From Myxococcales bacterium (GTDB lineage Bacteria > Myxococcota_A > Polyangia > Palsa-1104 > JAEUJZ01): 64,000 nt of DNA. The notes under the pieces are model-generated. The model saw nothing but the letters and a program-made list of their open reading frames with translations, made no database searches and was not told the DNA's origin. The stretch is from NCBI GenBank assembly GCA_016794365.1, contig JAEUKB010000085.1, forward strand, positions 19,658 to 83,657. Direction: 5' to 3'. Positions 8,723-18,942 of this stretch are shown here, piece after piece (the stretch's first letter is position 1; each line of letters opens with the position of its first letter). A program made the position numbers and the translations under genes.

Positions 8723-9169
8723 TTGCACTTCTGGGCCGTGACAATGCCTTGCGGATCGCCAGCAGAGCGGTCCCACCGAACCCACAATCGGCGCAGGCAG
8801 CGGAACACGGAGCCCAACATGCAATCAGAGCCGCACGGACTGACAGCGCAAACCGGAATACGCAGTAGCCGCGTAACTGATTTCGCAGTGCGTAGTGATA
8901 TACGCACTCTGTCACTGACGTATCGTTCCGGCACACTGCAAAAATATTCAGGGATCTTCATCAGCGCGGTCGCCTGGGTGGTGTTTCTGATGGGCATGGC
9001 GCACTTTCTACTTGCCGCAATGCAGCAACAGGCGGAAGAGCTAGGCGCAGGCATTGACTCGACGGAGAGAGGCATCAGCTACTGCTTGTCTGCGATCATG
9101 TTGCTCGCGGTGGCTGTGCCGCAGTGGGTCATGGGCGAGCGGCGACTTCATCGCTTGCTGGCTACGTAA
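8723..9169 (+). CDS. Hypothetical small membrane protein; the start is uncertain and probably internal
   Basis: ORF only. Two hydrophobic helices (IFISAVAWVVFLMGMAHFLL and CLSAIMLLAVAVPQWV). No recognisable domain. Confidence 0.25.
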   Translation: MHFWAVTMPCGSPAERSHRTHNRRRQRNTEPNMQSEPHGLTAQTGIRSSRVTDFAVRSDIRTLSLTYRSGTLQKYSGIFISAVAWVVFLMGMAHFLLAAMQQQAEELGAGIDSTERGISYCLSAIMLLAVAVPQWVMGERRLHRLLAT

Positions 9170-9190
9170 GCCGTTACGTCCCAGCCGCAG

Positions 9191-9466
9191 CTACAGCGCA
9201 GCCAGATCATCTGGCTGTCGTCTCAGCCAGACATACAGCGCCAGGTACGTCGGCAAAAACCCGAGCAATCCGTAGAGCAGCGCTTGTTTTCCCAGGCGTC
9301 CGAAAAGCGCCATCACCGAACCGAGCATCACGAGTCGCAGCAGGTGCAGAGCCACCGCCCAGCTCGTCTGCGTCGTCGAAGAATACAGCCGCGTGTTCCA
9401 ACGCAGAAGCAGCACATAGCTCGCTGCCAGCATCACTCCGAGGCCAAAGCCGATCGCGGTGGTCAT
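9191..9466 (-). CDS. Hypothetical small membrane protein
   Basis: A 91-aa ORF with three hydrophobic segments. No recognisable motif. Confidence 0.3.
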   Translation of the reverse strand: MTTAIGFGLGVMLAASYVLLLRWNTRLYSSTTQTSWAVALHLLRLVMLGSVMALFGRLGKQALLYGLLGFLPTYLALYVWLRRQPDDLAAL

Positions 9467-9601
9467 GGCTGTCCTTTCTGAATCAAGCGGCAGCGGGCTT
9501 GTCGTCGAAAGCCCGAGTGCTGTGCGGAAAGCCGCTCTGGCTGCGTATTTTATCCGGGCTTTGCGACAAAAGGCGCGCTCATTTCCGACGAACGGACTCG
9601 C

Positions 9602-10498
9602 TTAGAGTCTGCGTCTGACCGGGTGCTCCTCGCTGGCGTCGGCCTGAAGACGACCTCCATCACCGCGACGGAGCTTGCTCATCGCGACCTTGGGATCGTG
9701 CGTATAAAACAGATACGCGCCGCGCTGACACAGATCCGATAGCAGCGCCGTCTTTTCGTCGATGAGTAGCTCGGGAAAGCGATCGTAGCCCATCGTCATT
9801 GGAAGATGCACCCAAGCGGTTCCAGGCACCAAGTCTCCGGCGAAGACCACCGCGCGATCGGGCGAAGGTCCACACACTTCCGTCAGAAGCAGTCCCGGCG
9901 TATGCCCACTGGAGTAATGAAAGCGCAGCCCCGGCAGCGTTAGATCGTGCGTCGTTCCGTCGGGAAGCACATGAAGTCGTCCGCTGGCGCGCAGCAGTCC
10001 GGGCAGCTCGGCAATGAAGCTGGCGCGATCGCGGACATGCGGCTTTTCAGCGCGAGCCAGCGCACCTTGACTGACCACATAGCGCGCGCGTGAAAACAAC
10101 AGCGACGGCGGCTGACCTTCGACATACGGAGCCAGCAGCCCCCCGGCATGATCAAAGTGAAGGTGCGACAAGATCACGTCGGTGATGTCGTTCGGATCAA
10201 GTCCAAGCTGAGCCAGCGAAGCCAGCAAGACGTGCTCTTCTTCGACGACACCAAAGCGACTGCGCAGCTCTTTGGCAAAGAACACACCGATGCCGGTCTC
10301 CAGCAGGATTTTGCGATCCCCGACTTCGACAAGGAGCGCTCGACACGCCAGGCTGATGCGATTTTCCGCATCCGGCGAAAAGTAGCGCGACCACAGCGCT
10401 TTGGGGGCATTGCCAAACATCGCACCGCCATCGAGCCGCTGGGAATTCCCGACGACAGCCGAAAGGAAGATCTCGTCCATAGCGCTCATTATCATCAA
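9602..10498 (-). CDS. MBL-fold metallo-hydrolase
   Basis: [10 protein letters not shown] (HxHxDH zinc motif) and downstream His/Asp ligands (HTPG, FAGD). Confidence 0.75.
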   Translation of the reverse strand: MMIMSAMDEIFLSAVVGNSQRLDGGAMFGNAPKALWSRYFSPDAENRISLACRALLVEVGDRKILLETGIGVFFAKELRSRFGVVEEEHVLLASLAQLGLDPNDITDVILSHLHFDHAGGLLAPYVEGQPPSLLFSRARYVVSQGALARAEKPHVRDRASFIAELPGLLRASGRLHVLPDGTTHDLTLPGLRFHYSSGHTPGLLLTEVCGPSPDRAVVFAGDLVPGTAWVHLPMTMGYDRFPELLIDEKTALLSDLCQRGAYLFYTHDPKVAMSKLRRGDGGRLQADASEEHPVRRRL

Positions 10499-10526
10499 AA
10501 CCGGCTATGCTGTCCTGGCCGTGTCT

Positions 10527-11804
10527 ATGCCCGCATCTGGCGTCAGCGCAGGGTCGCAGTTCTTCGGACTGAGCGCGTTTCTGCTGATGGTTGCACTGTG
10601 GGATGGCTACAACTTGGTGTCGTTGTCGCAGACGCTGCCAGAGCTACGCGCGACATTCGCTCTCTCGGTGAGCGAAGGCGGACAGCTCGTCGCGCTGGCC
10701 AACATCGGAACCGTGTTTGGCTACTTCGTGCTGCGTCTGTCCGATGGCGTGGGACGGCGTCCGGTGCTGTTGTGGTCGCTCCTAGGCTATTCGCTGATGT
10801 CGCTGGCTTCGGCGCTGGCTCCGTCGGTGCTTTGGTTCCTTTTGGGACAATTTGGTACGCGCATCTTCATCGTGAGCGCGCTCTCGACGGCGCTGCTCTA
10901 CGTCGCGGAAGACTTCCCGCAGCACCTGCGTCGCCAAGCGATGGCGCTGTTGGTGTCGGCAGCGAGCCTCGGTGGAGTCCTGTGCGCGATCTTGGTTCCC
11001 GTGCTGTTGACGACGGAAATAGGCTGGCGAAGCGTCTATCTGCTCGGAGCCTGCGCAGCGGTTGGGCTTCCCTACGGACTGCTGAAGCTGAAGGAAACGA
11101 CGAGCTTCCAAGCGCTGGGATCGCGAGTCCTTCCGTCGATGACAAGCATTTGGAAGGGCCCGCACCGGCAGCTGCTCTGGGTCTGTTCGCTGCTGTGGAT
11201 CTTGACGTATGCGGTCAATCAAAGTGCCGTGACGTTTTGGAAAGAACATGCGCTTTCCGATTCGCACATCGCGCCGCAGCAGACAGGTCGCTACATCGCG
11301 CTGGCTGCGATCCTGGCGATTCCGATGTCGGCGGCTGTGGGTCCGCTGCTCAATCGGTTGGGACGACTGCGCGGCAGCTTGCTGGTCTATCTGGTGCTGA
11401 CGATTGGGCTGCTGGGGGCGTACCTCCTTCCGGCGGGCTTGGCGCTGGGTCTGTCGCTGACGATGATGGTCGGTGGTGCCAGCGGCGCACTGGTGATTGT
11501 CAGCACGATCACCACCGAGAGCTTCCCAACCGAGCAGCGCGGCGATGCGATGGGCTGGTCCAACAGCTTGCTCGGACGGATTGGCTTTGTGCTGTCGCCG
11601 CTTTTTGTATCGACGCTGTCGCAGACGCACGGCTGGTCATCGGTCATGCCGTATTTGGCGGTCTTTCCGGTCGCGGCACTGCTGATTGTGTGGCGCTTTG
11701 TGCCGCACGCAGACTCGCCCACGCAGCCAAGCGAGGTAGACGCAGCAGCGACGCCGACTGACAGCGCCCGACCCAGGCCGACAGCGCCCACTGCGCGAGC
11801 CTGA
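10527..11804 (+). CDS. MFS transporter
   Basis: Twelve TM segments with an MFS-like GxLSDxxGRRP-type loop (RLSDGVGRRPVLL). The start was chosen at the internal ATG 10527 so it does not overlap the convergent MBL gene. Confidence 0.7.
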   Translation: MPASGVSAGSQFFGLSAFLLMVALWDGYNLVSLSQTLPELRATFALSVSEGGQLVALANIGTVFGYFVLRLSDGVGRRPVLLWSLLGYSLMSLASALAPSVLWFLLGQFGTRIFIVSALSTALLYVAEDFPQHLRRQAMALLVSAASLGGVLCAILVPVLLTTEIGWRSVYLLGACAAVGLPYGLLKLKETTSFQALGSRVLPSMTSIWKGPHRQLLWVCSLLWILTYAVNQSAVTFWKEHALSDSHIAPQQTGRYIALAAILAIPMSAAVGPLLNRLGRLRGSLLVYLVLTIGLLGAYLLPAGLALGLSLTMMVGGASGALVIVSTITTESFPTEQRGDAMGWSNSLLGRIGFVLSPLFVSTLSQTHGWSSVMPYLAVFPVAALLIVWRFVPHADSPTQPSEVDAAATPTDSARPRPTAPTARA

Positions 11805-11912
11805 TGTACCTCGACGCACGAACCAAAGCAGACTGATGCAAAGCCTTTCGTGGTGATGGCGACTTTGATAGCCTCTAGACCTAAGTACATTCAGCGAGAC
11901 TTCGGATAGGCG

Positions 11913-13721
11913 ATGTCCCAAGAGCAGAAGGAAGCCGAAAAGCTCATCGGTCAGGTGTTAAACGGAACCTACCGACTCGAGCAGCTCCTGGTGACGGGCG
12001 GAATGGGCGCAGTGTTTCGTGCCCGACACGTCCGCACCGGCGGCGTCTGCGCCATCAAGGTGCTGCATCAGCGGGCCGCGATGCAGGGCGACCTGAGCGA
12101 GCGCTTTCAAGACGAAGCCCGCATCATCGCAGGACTCCGTCACCCCAACATCGTTCAGGTGAGCGATCTCGACCGAGACAAGTCGGGCATGGCGTTCATC
12201 GTGATGGAGCTGCTCGAAGGCGAAGATCTGCAAGATCGGATCGAGCGCACGGGCAGTGTTCCTCTCGATGAAGCGCTGCAAATCACCAGGCAGGTTTCGT
12301 CGGCACTTCACGCCGCTCACCAGCGCGGGGTCATCCATCGCGATCTGAAGCCGCGCAACATCTTCTTGGCTCGCCACGAAGAAAACGGCGTGCTGACGCA
12401 GACCGCCAAAGTGATCGACTTCGGCGTGTCGAAAGTGCCAAGGCCCGCCGACAAAGCAACGCGCGATCTGCTGGTGCTCGGGACGCCACGCTACATGGCC
12501 CCCGAAGGCGCGATGGGGCAAAACTCGCAGATCGACGGACGATCTGATCAGTGGTCAGTCGGCGTCATCTTGTATCGCATGCTGTCGGGAAAGCTGCCGT
12601 TTGATCACGAAAATGTGATCGATCTGTTCAAGCAGGTCATCAACGAGCAGCCGACGCCGATTGAGCAGCTTGTTCCGACGGTTCCGCCCTATGTGGCAGC
12701 CGCGATCAAGCGCTCGCTGGCCAAAAAGAAGGAAGAGCGCTTTGCGACGATGCTCGACTTCCTTCAGGCGCTGGAACCGCCGCCCGCTGCACCGCCGTTT
12801 TCGTGGAAGCGGAGCCTGACGTTTGGGCTGCTCGGTGCGAGCTTGGCTGGACTTGTCGTGATGCCACTTCTTGTGCGCGAGCTTCAGGGCAAAAAGCGCA
12901 GCGGTCAGGTCGCACAGCTTCTGGTGCAAGCCGATGAAGCGCTGATGGACGAGCGCTGGGACGAAGCGATCAAGCTGTCGAGCCAGGTTCTGACGGTGCC
13001 GGGACAGGCTCCGTACGTGGCAGCAGCGGCGGAAAACATCAAGCGTCGCGTCGAAAAAGGACAGAAGATCTCGGGCGATGCGCAGCAGATCATGCAGGCG
13101 CTGGCCAACAAAGACTACGACGGAGCGCTCAGTCGCAATCGTGATCTACCGCCTCGGACCAGCTTCCGCATCACCGCGCAGCAGCACTACGATCTGCTTC
13201 AGCAGCTTGTGATTGCCTATCACTTGCAGCAAGCCGAAGCGGAGCGCTCACTCGGCAAGTGCGACAAGATCGAACCGCACGTCGCCAAGATCTTGGAGCT
13301 GGTGCCCGATCACGTCGATGCACTGACGGCACGCTGGCGACCTTGTGCGCTCATCACGGGTCAGCCGCCGGGAGCAAAGAAGCTGGCAGGCTATCCGCCG
13401 CTGCGCGATCTGGCCGGAAAGCCGCTCGGCCTGGCGGGAGAGCACGACAAAGCGCACAACAACTTCGCGGAAATCGATCGCTCGCTGCGTGATGCCCAGA
13501 TTGCGCACCAGCACGGCGAGTACATGAAAGCGGTGGCGCTGGCTCATACCGCAACGTCGGTGCCGATTCGCAGCTTGCCCGCGTGGCGCATCGTCGGTGT
13601 GTCAGCGTGTCATCTCAAGAGCCCCGAGATCCTGGAATACGTCGTTCCGCACCTCGATCTGGCGTCGAAAGAGTTCGTCCGCAGTCGCTGCACCGCTGCG
13701 GGCTACAAAGTCTCGTTCTAG
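11913..13721 (+). CDS. Ser/Thr protein kinase (Hanks type) with a TM segment and a C-terminal extracytoplasmic/TPR-like region
   Basis: GGMGAVFRA, AIKVL, HRDLKPRNIFL, DFGVSK, GTPRYMAPE, and TM helix LTFGLLGASLAGLVVMPLLV. Confidence 0.9.
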   Translation: MSQEQKEAEKLIGQVLNGTYRLEQLLVTGGMGAVFRARHVRTGGVCAIKVLHQRAAMQGDLSERFQDEARIIAGLRHPNIVQVSDLDRDKSGMAFIVMELLEGEDLQDRIERTGSVPLDEALQITRQVSSALHAAHQRGVIHRDLKPRNIFLARHEENGVLTQTAKVIDFGVSKVPRPADKATRDLLVLGTPRYMAPEGAMGQNSQIDGRSDQWSVGVILYRMLSGKLPFDHENVIDLFKQVINEQPTPIEQLVPTVPPYVAAAIKRSLAKKKEERFATMLDFLQALEPPPAAPPFSWKRSLTFGLLGASLAGLVVMPLLVRELQGKKRSGQVAQLLVQADEALMDERWDEAIKLSSQVLTVPGQAPYVAAAAENIKRRVEKGQKISGDAQQIMQALANKDYDGALSRNRDLPPRTSFRITAQQHYDLLQQLVIAYHLQQAEAERSLGKCDKIEPHVAKILELVPDHVDALTARWRPCALITGQPPGAKKLAGYPPLRDLAGKPLGLAGEHDKAHNNFAEIDRSLRDAQIAHQHGEYMKAVALAHTATSVPIRSLPAWRIVGVSACHLKSPEILEYVVPHLDLASKEFVRSRCTAAGYKVSF

Positions 13722-14011
13722 GCCCGCGCTCTGTGCCAAATCCTGAGCTGTTCGCCCAATCTGCCTGATTTTCTGCGTTACACGATACGTTTCCACGCCG
13801 AATCTCGCGTTTCCTCGCCAAATCGCACGTTTCCTTGCCAAAGCCTGTGTTTTCTCGCGCTTGCGGAGCACGACTGCTTGAAGCGCTCGCAGCACGGACC
13901 GCACCTACGTTTAGCCACTTTTGCCTACTGGTAAGCGATTGCAGCCGTCTTCCTGCGCGGCTATGGTCCGGCCATCTGTCTGAATCCAAGGCACTTCACG
14001 AGGAAACGATC

Positions 14012-14674
14012 ATGATCAAGAAAATCGCTCTCGCAGGCTTCCTGGCCCTTTCCGCGCTCGCTGCTGTCGTCGCAACCCGTCCCGATGAGTTCCGCGTCGA
14101 GCGCAGCATCACCATCGCAGCCCCACCCGAGGTCGTCTACAGCCTGGTCAGCGACTTCAAAGGCTGGGCCGCGTGGTCGCCGTGGGAAGCGCTCGATCCG
14201 AACATGCAAAAGACCTACGTCGGACAGCCGGGTCAGCCAGGTCAGCGCTACGAGTGGAAAGGCAACAAAGACGTGGGCTCGGGTCGGATGACGGTGGAAA
14301 GCGTGCAGGCTCCGTCGAAAATCGCGATCAAGCTGGAGTTTATCGAGCCGTGGGAGTCCAGCAGCCAGACCTTGTTTTCCTTCGATCCCGTCGGAGAACA
14401 GACCAAGGTGACGTGGACAATGTCGGGTCGCAATCGCTTCGTCGAAAAGGCGATGACGCTGTGGATGGACATGGACAAGATGGTCGGCGGGGACTTTGAA
14501 AAAGGACTCAGCAAGCTGAGCGAAGCGGCACAAAAGGAACACGCGCAGCGCGTCGCCGAAGCGAAGAAGAAGGAAGCCGAAGCCGCACAAGCTGCCGCCG
14601 CGCTCAAAGCTGCCGAAGCGGCTGCAACGGCGCCGACCGCTACACCGATTCCGACCGCTGCAAAGGCTAACTAA
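14012..14674 (+). CDS. SRPBCC (START / polyketide cyclase-dehydrase-like) family protein, secreted, with a C-terminal Ala/Lys/Glu-rich tail
   Basis: Signal peptide MIKKIALAGFLALSALAAVVA and a Polyketide_cyc2-like core (VYSLVSDFKGWAAWSPW...YEWKG). RBS aggaa sits upstream of ATG 14012. The ORF track's longer 5' extension is unlikely. Confidence 0.5.
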   Translation: MIKKIALAGFLALSALAAVVATRPDEFRVERSITIAAPPEVVYSLVSDFKGWAAWSPWEALDPNMQKTYVGQPGQPGQRYEWKGNKDVGSGRMTVESVQAPSKIAIKLEFIEPWESSSQTLFSFDPVGEQTKVTWTMSGRNRFVEKAMTLWMDMDKMVGGDFEKGLSKLSEAAQKEHAQRVAEAKKKEAEAAQAAAALKAAEAAATAPTATPIPTAAKAN

Positions 14675-14684
14675 GCGTCCGTCG

Positions 14685-16712
14685 CTACAGCGTTTCAGCC
14701 AGTCGCCGCGATGCTCGCATCGCCAGCGCCATGATCGTCACCTGTGGGTTCACCGCCGGAGAGCTTGGCATCACGCTGCCGTCGCAGACATACAGACCGG
14801 GCAGATCGTGGGCTTGTAAGTTGGTATCGACGACGCTGCTCTCTCGATCGAGCCCCATTCGCACCGTTCCGAGCGGATGATACGCCGTCAGCTCGAAGTC
14901 GCGGGCAAGCAGCGGAAGCTGCTCTAGCTTGTCAATGTCCGACGAAGAATGGACGATCGGCAGCGGCGCAACCGCCGTCAGCACCTTCTCGGCCCCAGCC
15001 GCGAGAAACATGCGCGACACCAGTGCGGCTCCCCGTCGGATACGCGCGACATCACGATCCGCCAAGGTGTAGTGAATGAGCGGTCTTCCGCCGGGACCGG
15101 GACGCACGCTGCCGCTGCCTTTGTCTTCGACCATGAAGCCAAAGCAGCTGTGACGGTCGTATGCAGCCATGATCTCCATGAGTGGTTTGCCGACGAGCGT
15201 GATGGATCCGGCGGTCAGCTCAGGCGGCAAAAACGCGCTTTCCATCAGCAAGCCTTCGTCGTGAAATTCCTCGACGGCATAGCCTTGCGGAACCCCGAAG
15301 TAGCTGTTCAGTCGGTGCGGCATCACAGCACGCAGACCCAGCGCCGGATGAATCGTCAGGTTGCGACCAAGCGCACCAGAGCGTCCCAGCGCGTTCTTCG
15401 TCGCAGCGTCCTGCTGAAGCAGCACTGGCGTCATCAGCGCGCCGCCTGCGACGACAACGGCCTTGGCTCGGACCGAAAAGCGTGGTGGACGCTGGCCAGG
15501 CTGAGCGCTGCGCGTCGCAATCGCTTCAACACCGACGGCACGACCACGCTCGATGATCAGACGCTGCGCGGTGGCTCCGACGATAAGCTGCGCACCGGCT
15601 TTGAGCGCCATCGGGACAAACGACACATTGGTGGATCGCTTCGCATCCGTCGGACAGCCAAAACAACACAAGCCTTGTCCGTCGCAGTCTGGAGCATTGC
15701 GCGCGAGCGGTCCGTGCTGGGTGATTCCAAGCTTGGCGCATCCGTCGGCAATCGGCTGATTTCCTTGCAGCAGTGACTTCGGCGCACGCGTCACACCAAG
15801 CACTTCTTCCACCGACGAATAAAACGGATCCATGCTCTCGGGCGTAAACTCGCGCAGGCCGTGATCGCGATGCCAATCGCCAAAGACGCGGCTCGGCATT
15901 CGATAGCAAGTTCCCGAGTTTACGGTTGTGCTGCCACCGACGGTACGACCGAGCGGAATCGGGATAAAGCAGTTGCCCATCGCCAGCGTGACGCCCAGCT
16001 CTCGATAGAGCTGCTTTTGCATGTGAAACGAGCTGTGCGCAAAGTCGCTGCGGCCAAAGTACTGACCTTCTTCGAGGAGAACGACCGCGTGACCGGCCTT
16101 GGCTAGCTCATACGCAGCGACGGCACCACCAGCGCCAGAGCCAATCACCACTGCGTCACAGTCGATGACTTCGCCGGGACGAAGCTCCCACGCTTCACTG
16201 GTTCGCTCGACGGCCCAGCGAGGAAGCTCGACAGGAACTTTGCGACGTGGCAGCGGTCCCGTCGGAGCGCCTTTGTACGGCAGCCCAAACTGCTGATAAA
16301 TCGCCGGATTGTCGAAGTACGCACCTTTGAGCGGCGCTGACAGCGTGTAGAGAAAATAGCGACGACCGACATCACCTTCGGCAAAGCGCTGGCAGATTCG
16401 GACAATCTGCTCGGGAAGAAGATCTGCGAGTGGCTTTCCGAGCGTTGCACGCGCGTACAGATTGAAGGCGCGGAGCAGGCTGCGATATCCAGAAGCCACC
16501 GTCGGGACATCGGACAGCCAGTGCTCGGCGCGAAGGATCGTGTCGATCGATACTTCCGGCAGTCCATCGACGGCGGGAAGCAGCGCTCGTGCAAGCTGGA
16601 GTGCAGAAATTCGTTCGTCGCTGCGCAGCACTGATCCCGTCGGAACGGGTGACGCAACGCGCACGGCAACCAAGTCGTCGCTGCTGTGGGGAGAGGTCGA
16701 AAGCGCGCTCAT
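14685..16712 (-). CDS. GMC family FAD-dependent oxidoreductase with an N-terminal extension of about 190 aa
   Basis: DAVVIGSGAGGAVAAYELAKAGHAVVLLEEG (Rossmann FAD-binding GxGxxG) and C-terminal GMC signatures (HPLGTVRMG, the VCDGSVMPSS active-site region). Confidence 0.8.
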   Translation of the reverse strand: MSALSTSPHSSDDLVAVRVASPVPTGSVLRSDERISALQLARALLPAVDGLPEVSIDTILRAEHWLSDVPTVASGYRSLLRAFNLYARATLGKPLADLLPEQIVRICQRFAEGDVGRRYFLYTLSAPLKGAYFDNPAIYQQFGLPYKGAPTGPLPRRKVPVELPRWAVERTSEAWELRPGEVIDCDAVVIGSGAGGAVAAYELAKAGHAVVLLEEGQYFGRSDFAHSSFHMQKQLYRELGVTLAMGNCFIPIPLGRTVGGSTTVNSGTCYRMPSRVFGDWHRDHGLREFTPESMDPFYSSVEEVLGVTRAPKSLLQGNQPIADGCAKLGITQHGPLARNAPDCDGQGLCCFGCPTDAKRSTNVSFVPMALKAGAQLIVGATAQRLIIERGRAVGVEAIATRSAQPGQRPPRFSVRAKAVVVAGGALMTPVLLQQDAATKNALGRSGALGRNLTIHPALGLRAVMPHRLNSYFGVPQGYAVEEFHDEGLLMESAFLPPELTAGSITLVGKPLMEIMAAYDRHSCFGFMVEDKGSGSVRPGPGGRPLIHYTLADRDVARIRRGAALVSRMFLAAGAEKVLTAVAPLPIVHSSSDIDKLEQLPLLARDFELTAYHPLGTVRMGLDRESSVVDTNLQAHDLPGLYVCDGSVMPSSPAVNPQVTIMALAMRASRRLAETL

Positions 16713-17018
16713 GGCATTCTCACTGGATTATTGGTTCGTCCAATTATCAGGCTAGCGCTCGAACAAAAGGCTCGCAAGCTACGGATTTCCTTGGACAGAC
16801 GGGAAATTTTCGCCAAATGAGCGCGGCTTGGCATGCAGCCTGAGCGCGGTGTTATAACCCGCCTGTGCTCAGTGCCAAAACTGTCGAGCCAGCCGTCACA
16901 CATTCGTTGCAAGCGCAGTGGAGCGCAGCAACTTCGCACGGTTGTGCTGTTGCCCAGCGGAAAGTGGCGTAGTGGGTGATACTGGGAACGCTGGACAGCC
17001 TCTGAGCCGATAGAGCGA

Positions 17019-17834
17019 TTGATGGACGACGAAAAACAAAACGGTGGGGACAAGGGACTTCTGTCGAAAGTTCGGCGGCTGGTGACGGATCACCGCAAGG
17101 TGCGACGGCTCGACGGAGAACCGCTCAAGCAAGACCTGATCAGCGGTCAGCATGCGTTTTCGTATCTGCGACACCTGATTCGCGGCAATGAAGAGACGCT
17201 GGCGCGCTTTCCCGAGCAGCTTTCGCCGGCGCATCCACCGGTGCTGCTGATTCACGGTTTTTTGGGCACGCGCGGATCGATGTTTGTGCTGGAGCAGCGA
17301 CTGCTCCGCGACGGGTTTCACGTCTTTTCGTTTAACCTTGGGATGCTCAATGTGCGCGACATTCGTACGTCGGCGCTGCTGATTCATCGCAAGGTCCAGA
17401 CCATCTGCGAACAGACGGGAATTCGACGCATCGACATCGTCGGACACTCGATGGGCGGGCTGATTGGGCTGTATTACATCAAGCGACTCGGTGGAAAAGA
17501 TCAGGTTCGTCGTCTGGTGATGCTGGGAACTCCGGCGCGAGGAACCTGGGTGGCGGCTCTCGGAGTGGCGACGATGGGACTTTTGTCCGCGTCGAGCTGG
17601 CAGCTTCTCCCCGGAAGTGATTTTCTCGACGAGCTACACCAAGGTCCGCTGCCCAATGAAGTCGAGTTTTTTACGATTGCAGCGGAGCGTGACTGGCTGT
17701 GTCCTCCGTCGGCGACTCAGCTGGAAGGCGCGCATGCGGTCACGGTTCCGCTCGGACATTCGTCGCTGGTGATGAGCGAAGAAGTGTATCGCAAGGTGCT
17801 GTGGGCGCTTCGCAAAGACGACTCGCCGCGATAG
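17019..17834 (+). CDS. Alpha/beta hydrolase (lipase/esterase-like)
   Basis: PVLLIHGFLG and the nucleophile elbow VGHSMGG. Confidence 0.7.
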   Translation: MMDDEKQNGGDKGLLSKVRRLVTDHRKVRRLDGEPLKQDLISGQHAFSYLRHLIRGNEETLARFPEQLSPAHPPVLLIHGFLGTRGSMFVLEQRLLRDGFHVFSFNLGMLNVRDIRTSALLIHRKVQTICEQTGIRRIDIVGHSMGGLIGLYYIKRLGGKDQVRRLVMLGTPARGTWVAALGVATMGLLSASSWQLLPGSDFLDELHQGPLPNEVEFFTIAAERDWLCPPSATQLEGAHAVTVPLGHSSLVMSEEVYRKVLWALRKDDSPR

Positions 17835-17880
17835 GCTGACGAAGAGGACGTTTCCGCTTGGCAGAACCCGCGAGGAACCG

Positions 17881-18846
17881 ATGACGATGATGCGAGCGGT
17901 GGTGCTGCCTTCCGTTGGTCCACCCGACGTGCTGCGACAGACGAAGCTTCCGCTGCCGACGCCCGGGCCGGGTCAAGTGCTGGTCGAGATGATGGCCACG
18001 TCGGTGAGCCCGCTCGATTGTCAGCAGCGAGCAGGCCGCGTAAGCCGAGTCATTCCCGGCGGCAGACCGCAGATGCTGGGCTACGATGTCGCGGGTGTGA
18101 TTGCGGCGCTTGGGCCCGGCGTCGATAAGCTCAGCATTGGAACGTCGGTGATTGGTCTGCGTGCGCTGCAACATCCAGGAACCTACGCGGAATTTGTGTC
18201 GCTACCCGCCGACGCTGTCACCAAAAAACCAAGTCGCGTAAGCTTCGTCGAAGCTGCGACGCTGCCGCTTTCGGGAACCGTGGCGCTCCAAGCGATTCGT
18301 GACCGAGGACGACTTCAGAGCGGCCAAGCCCTGCTCGTCAATGGCGCAGCGGGTGGAATCGGCAGCCTGGCGGTTCAGATTGGCAAAGCGCTCGGGGCTG
18401 TTGTGACGGGCGTGTGCTCCGGGGACAGCGCGGAGCTTGTCCGCTCACTCGGCGTCGATCAAGTCCTCGACTTTGAAAAAGAAGACTTATCGACGCTGAC
18501 TGGCACGTTTGATGTGGTGCTCGATACCTCGGGACAGCTCACGATCGAAGGCTGTCGCAAGATGCTGCGACCACAAGGACGCTTCATTCCGATTGTTCCG
18601 TCGCTGAGAACGCTGTGGGATGGCATCACGAGCCGCCTTTTTGGTGGGCCTCAGACGGTACCGCCACCGCTGGCGCAGCCACGACGAGCAGATCTCGAGC
18701 TGATTGCCGAGCTGGCCGAGACGGGCAAGCTGCGTCCCGTGATCGATCGGGTGTTTCCATTGTCGGATGCAGCGTCGGCGCATCGTCACGTTGAAGAGGG
18801 TCGTCCTCGCGGTCGCGTCGTCCTGACCATCGGCAAAGGCACGTAG
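17881..18846 (+). CDS. Zinc-independent MDR-superfamily NADPH:quinone oxidoreductase-like protein
   Basis: GQVLVEMMATSVSPLD, the nucleotide-binding stretch LVNGAAGGIGSLAVQIGKALGAVV, and the C-terminal RGRVVL. Confidence 0.75.
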   Translation: MTMMRAVVLPSVGPPDVLRQTKLPLPTPGPGQVLVEMMATSVSPLDCQQRAGRVSRVIPGGRPQMLGYDVAGVIAALGPGVDKLSIGTSVIGLRALQHPGTYAEFVSLPADAVTKKPSRVSFVEAATLPLSGTVALQAIRDRGRLQSGQALLVNGAAGGIGSLAVQIGKALGAVVTGVCSGDSAELVRSLGVDQVLDFEKEDLSTLTGTFDVVLDTSGQLTIEGCRKMLRPQGRFIPIVPSLRTLWDGITSRLFGGPQTVPPPLAQPRRADLELIAELAETGKLRPVIDRVFPLSDAASAHRHVEEGRPRGRVVLTIGKGT

Positions 18847-18942
18847 CAGACCGCACAGCACCGTTGGCTTGCCCAGGCAGCGACGGTTCCTGGTCCGGTG
18901 TCGTACGCGCGAAGGTTGGGTGTTGTCCGCGAAGTGCTTCTG

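Noticed and set aside
8233-9075. 280-aa minus-strand ORF overlapping the 3' end of the phosphodiesterase gene and the downstream hypothetical
   Set aside because: No motifs. It overlaps a well-supported AlkP-family gene on the other strand.
10782-11630. 282-aa minus-strand ORF inside the MFS transporter gene
   Set aside because: Antisense to a coherent MFS coding frame. Arg/Gln-rich low complexity.
10148-11761. 537-aa plus-strand ORF overlapping the MBL hydrolase and MFS genes in another frame
   Set aside because: It spans two convergent, well-supported genes. Composition is Arg/Ala-rich without domains. It is a frame artefact of high GC.
14949-15776. 275-aa plus-strand ORF antisense to the GMC oxidoreductase
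   Set aside because: The GMC frame has FAD-binding GxGxxG and conserved C-terminal motifs. The antisense ORF has none.
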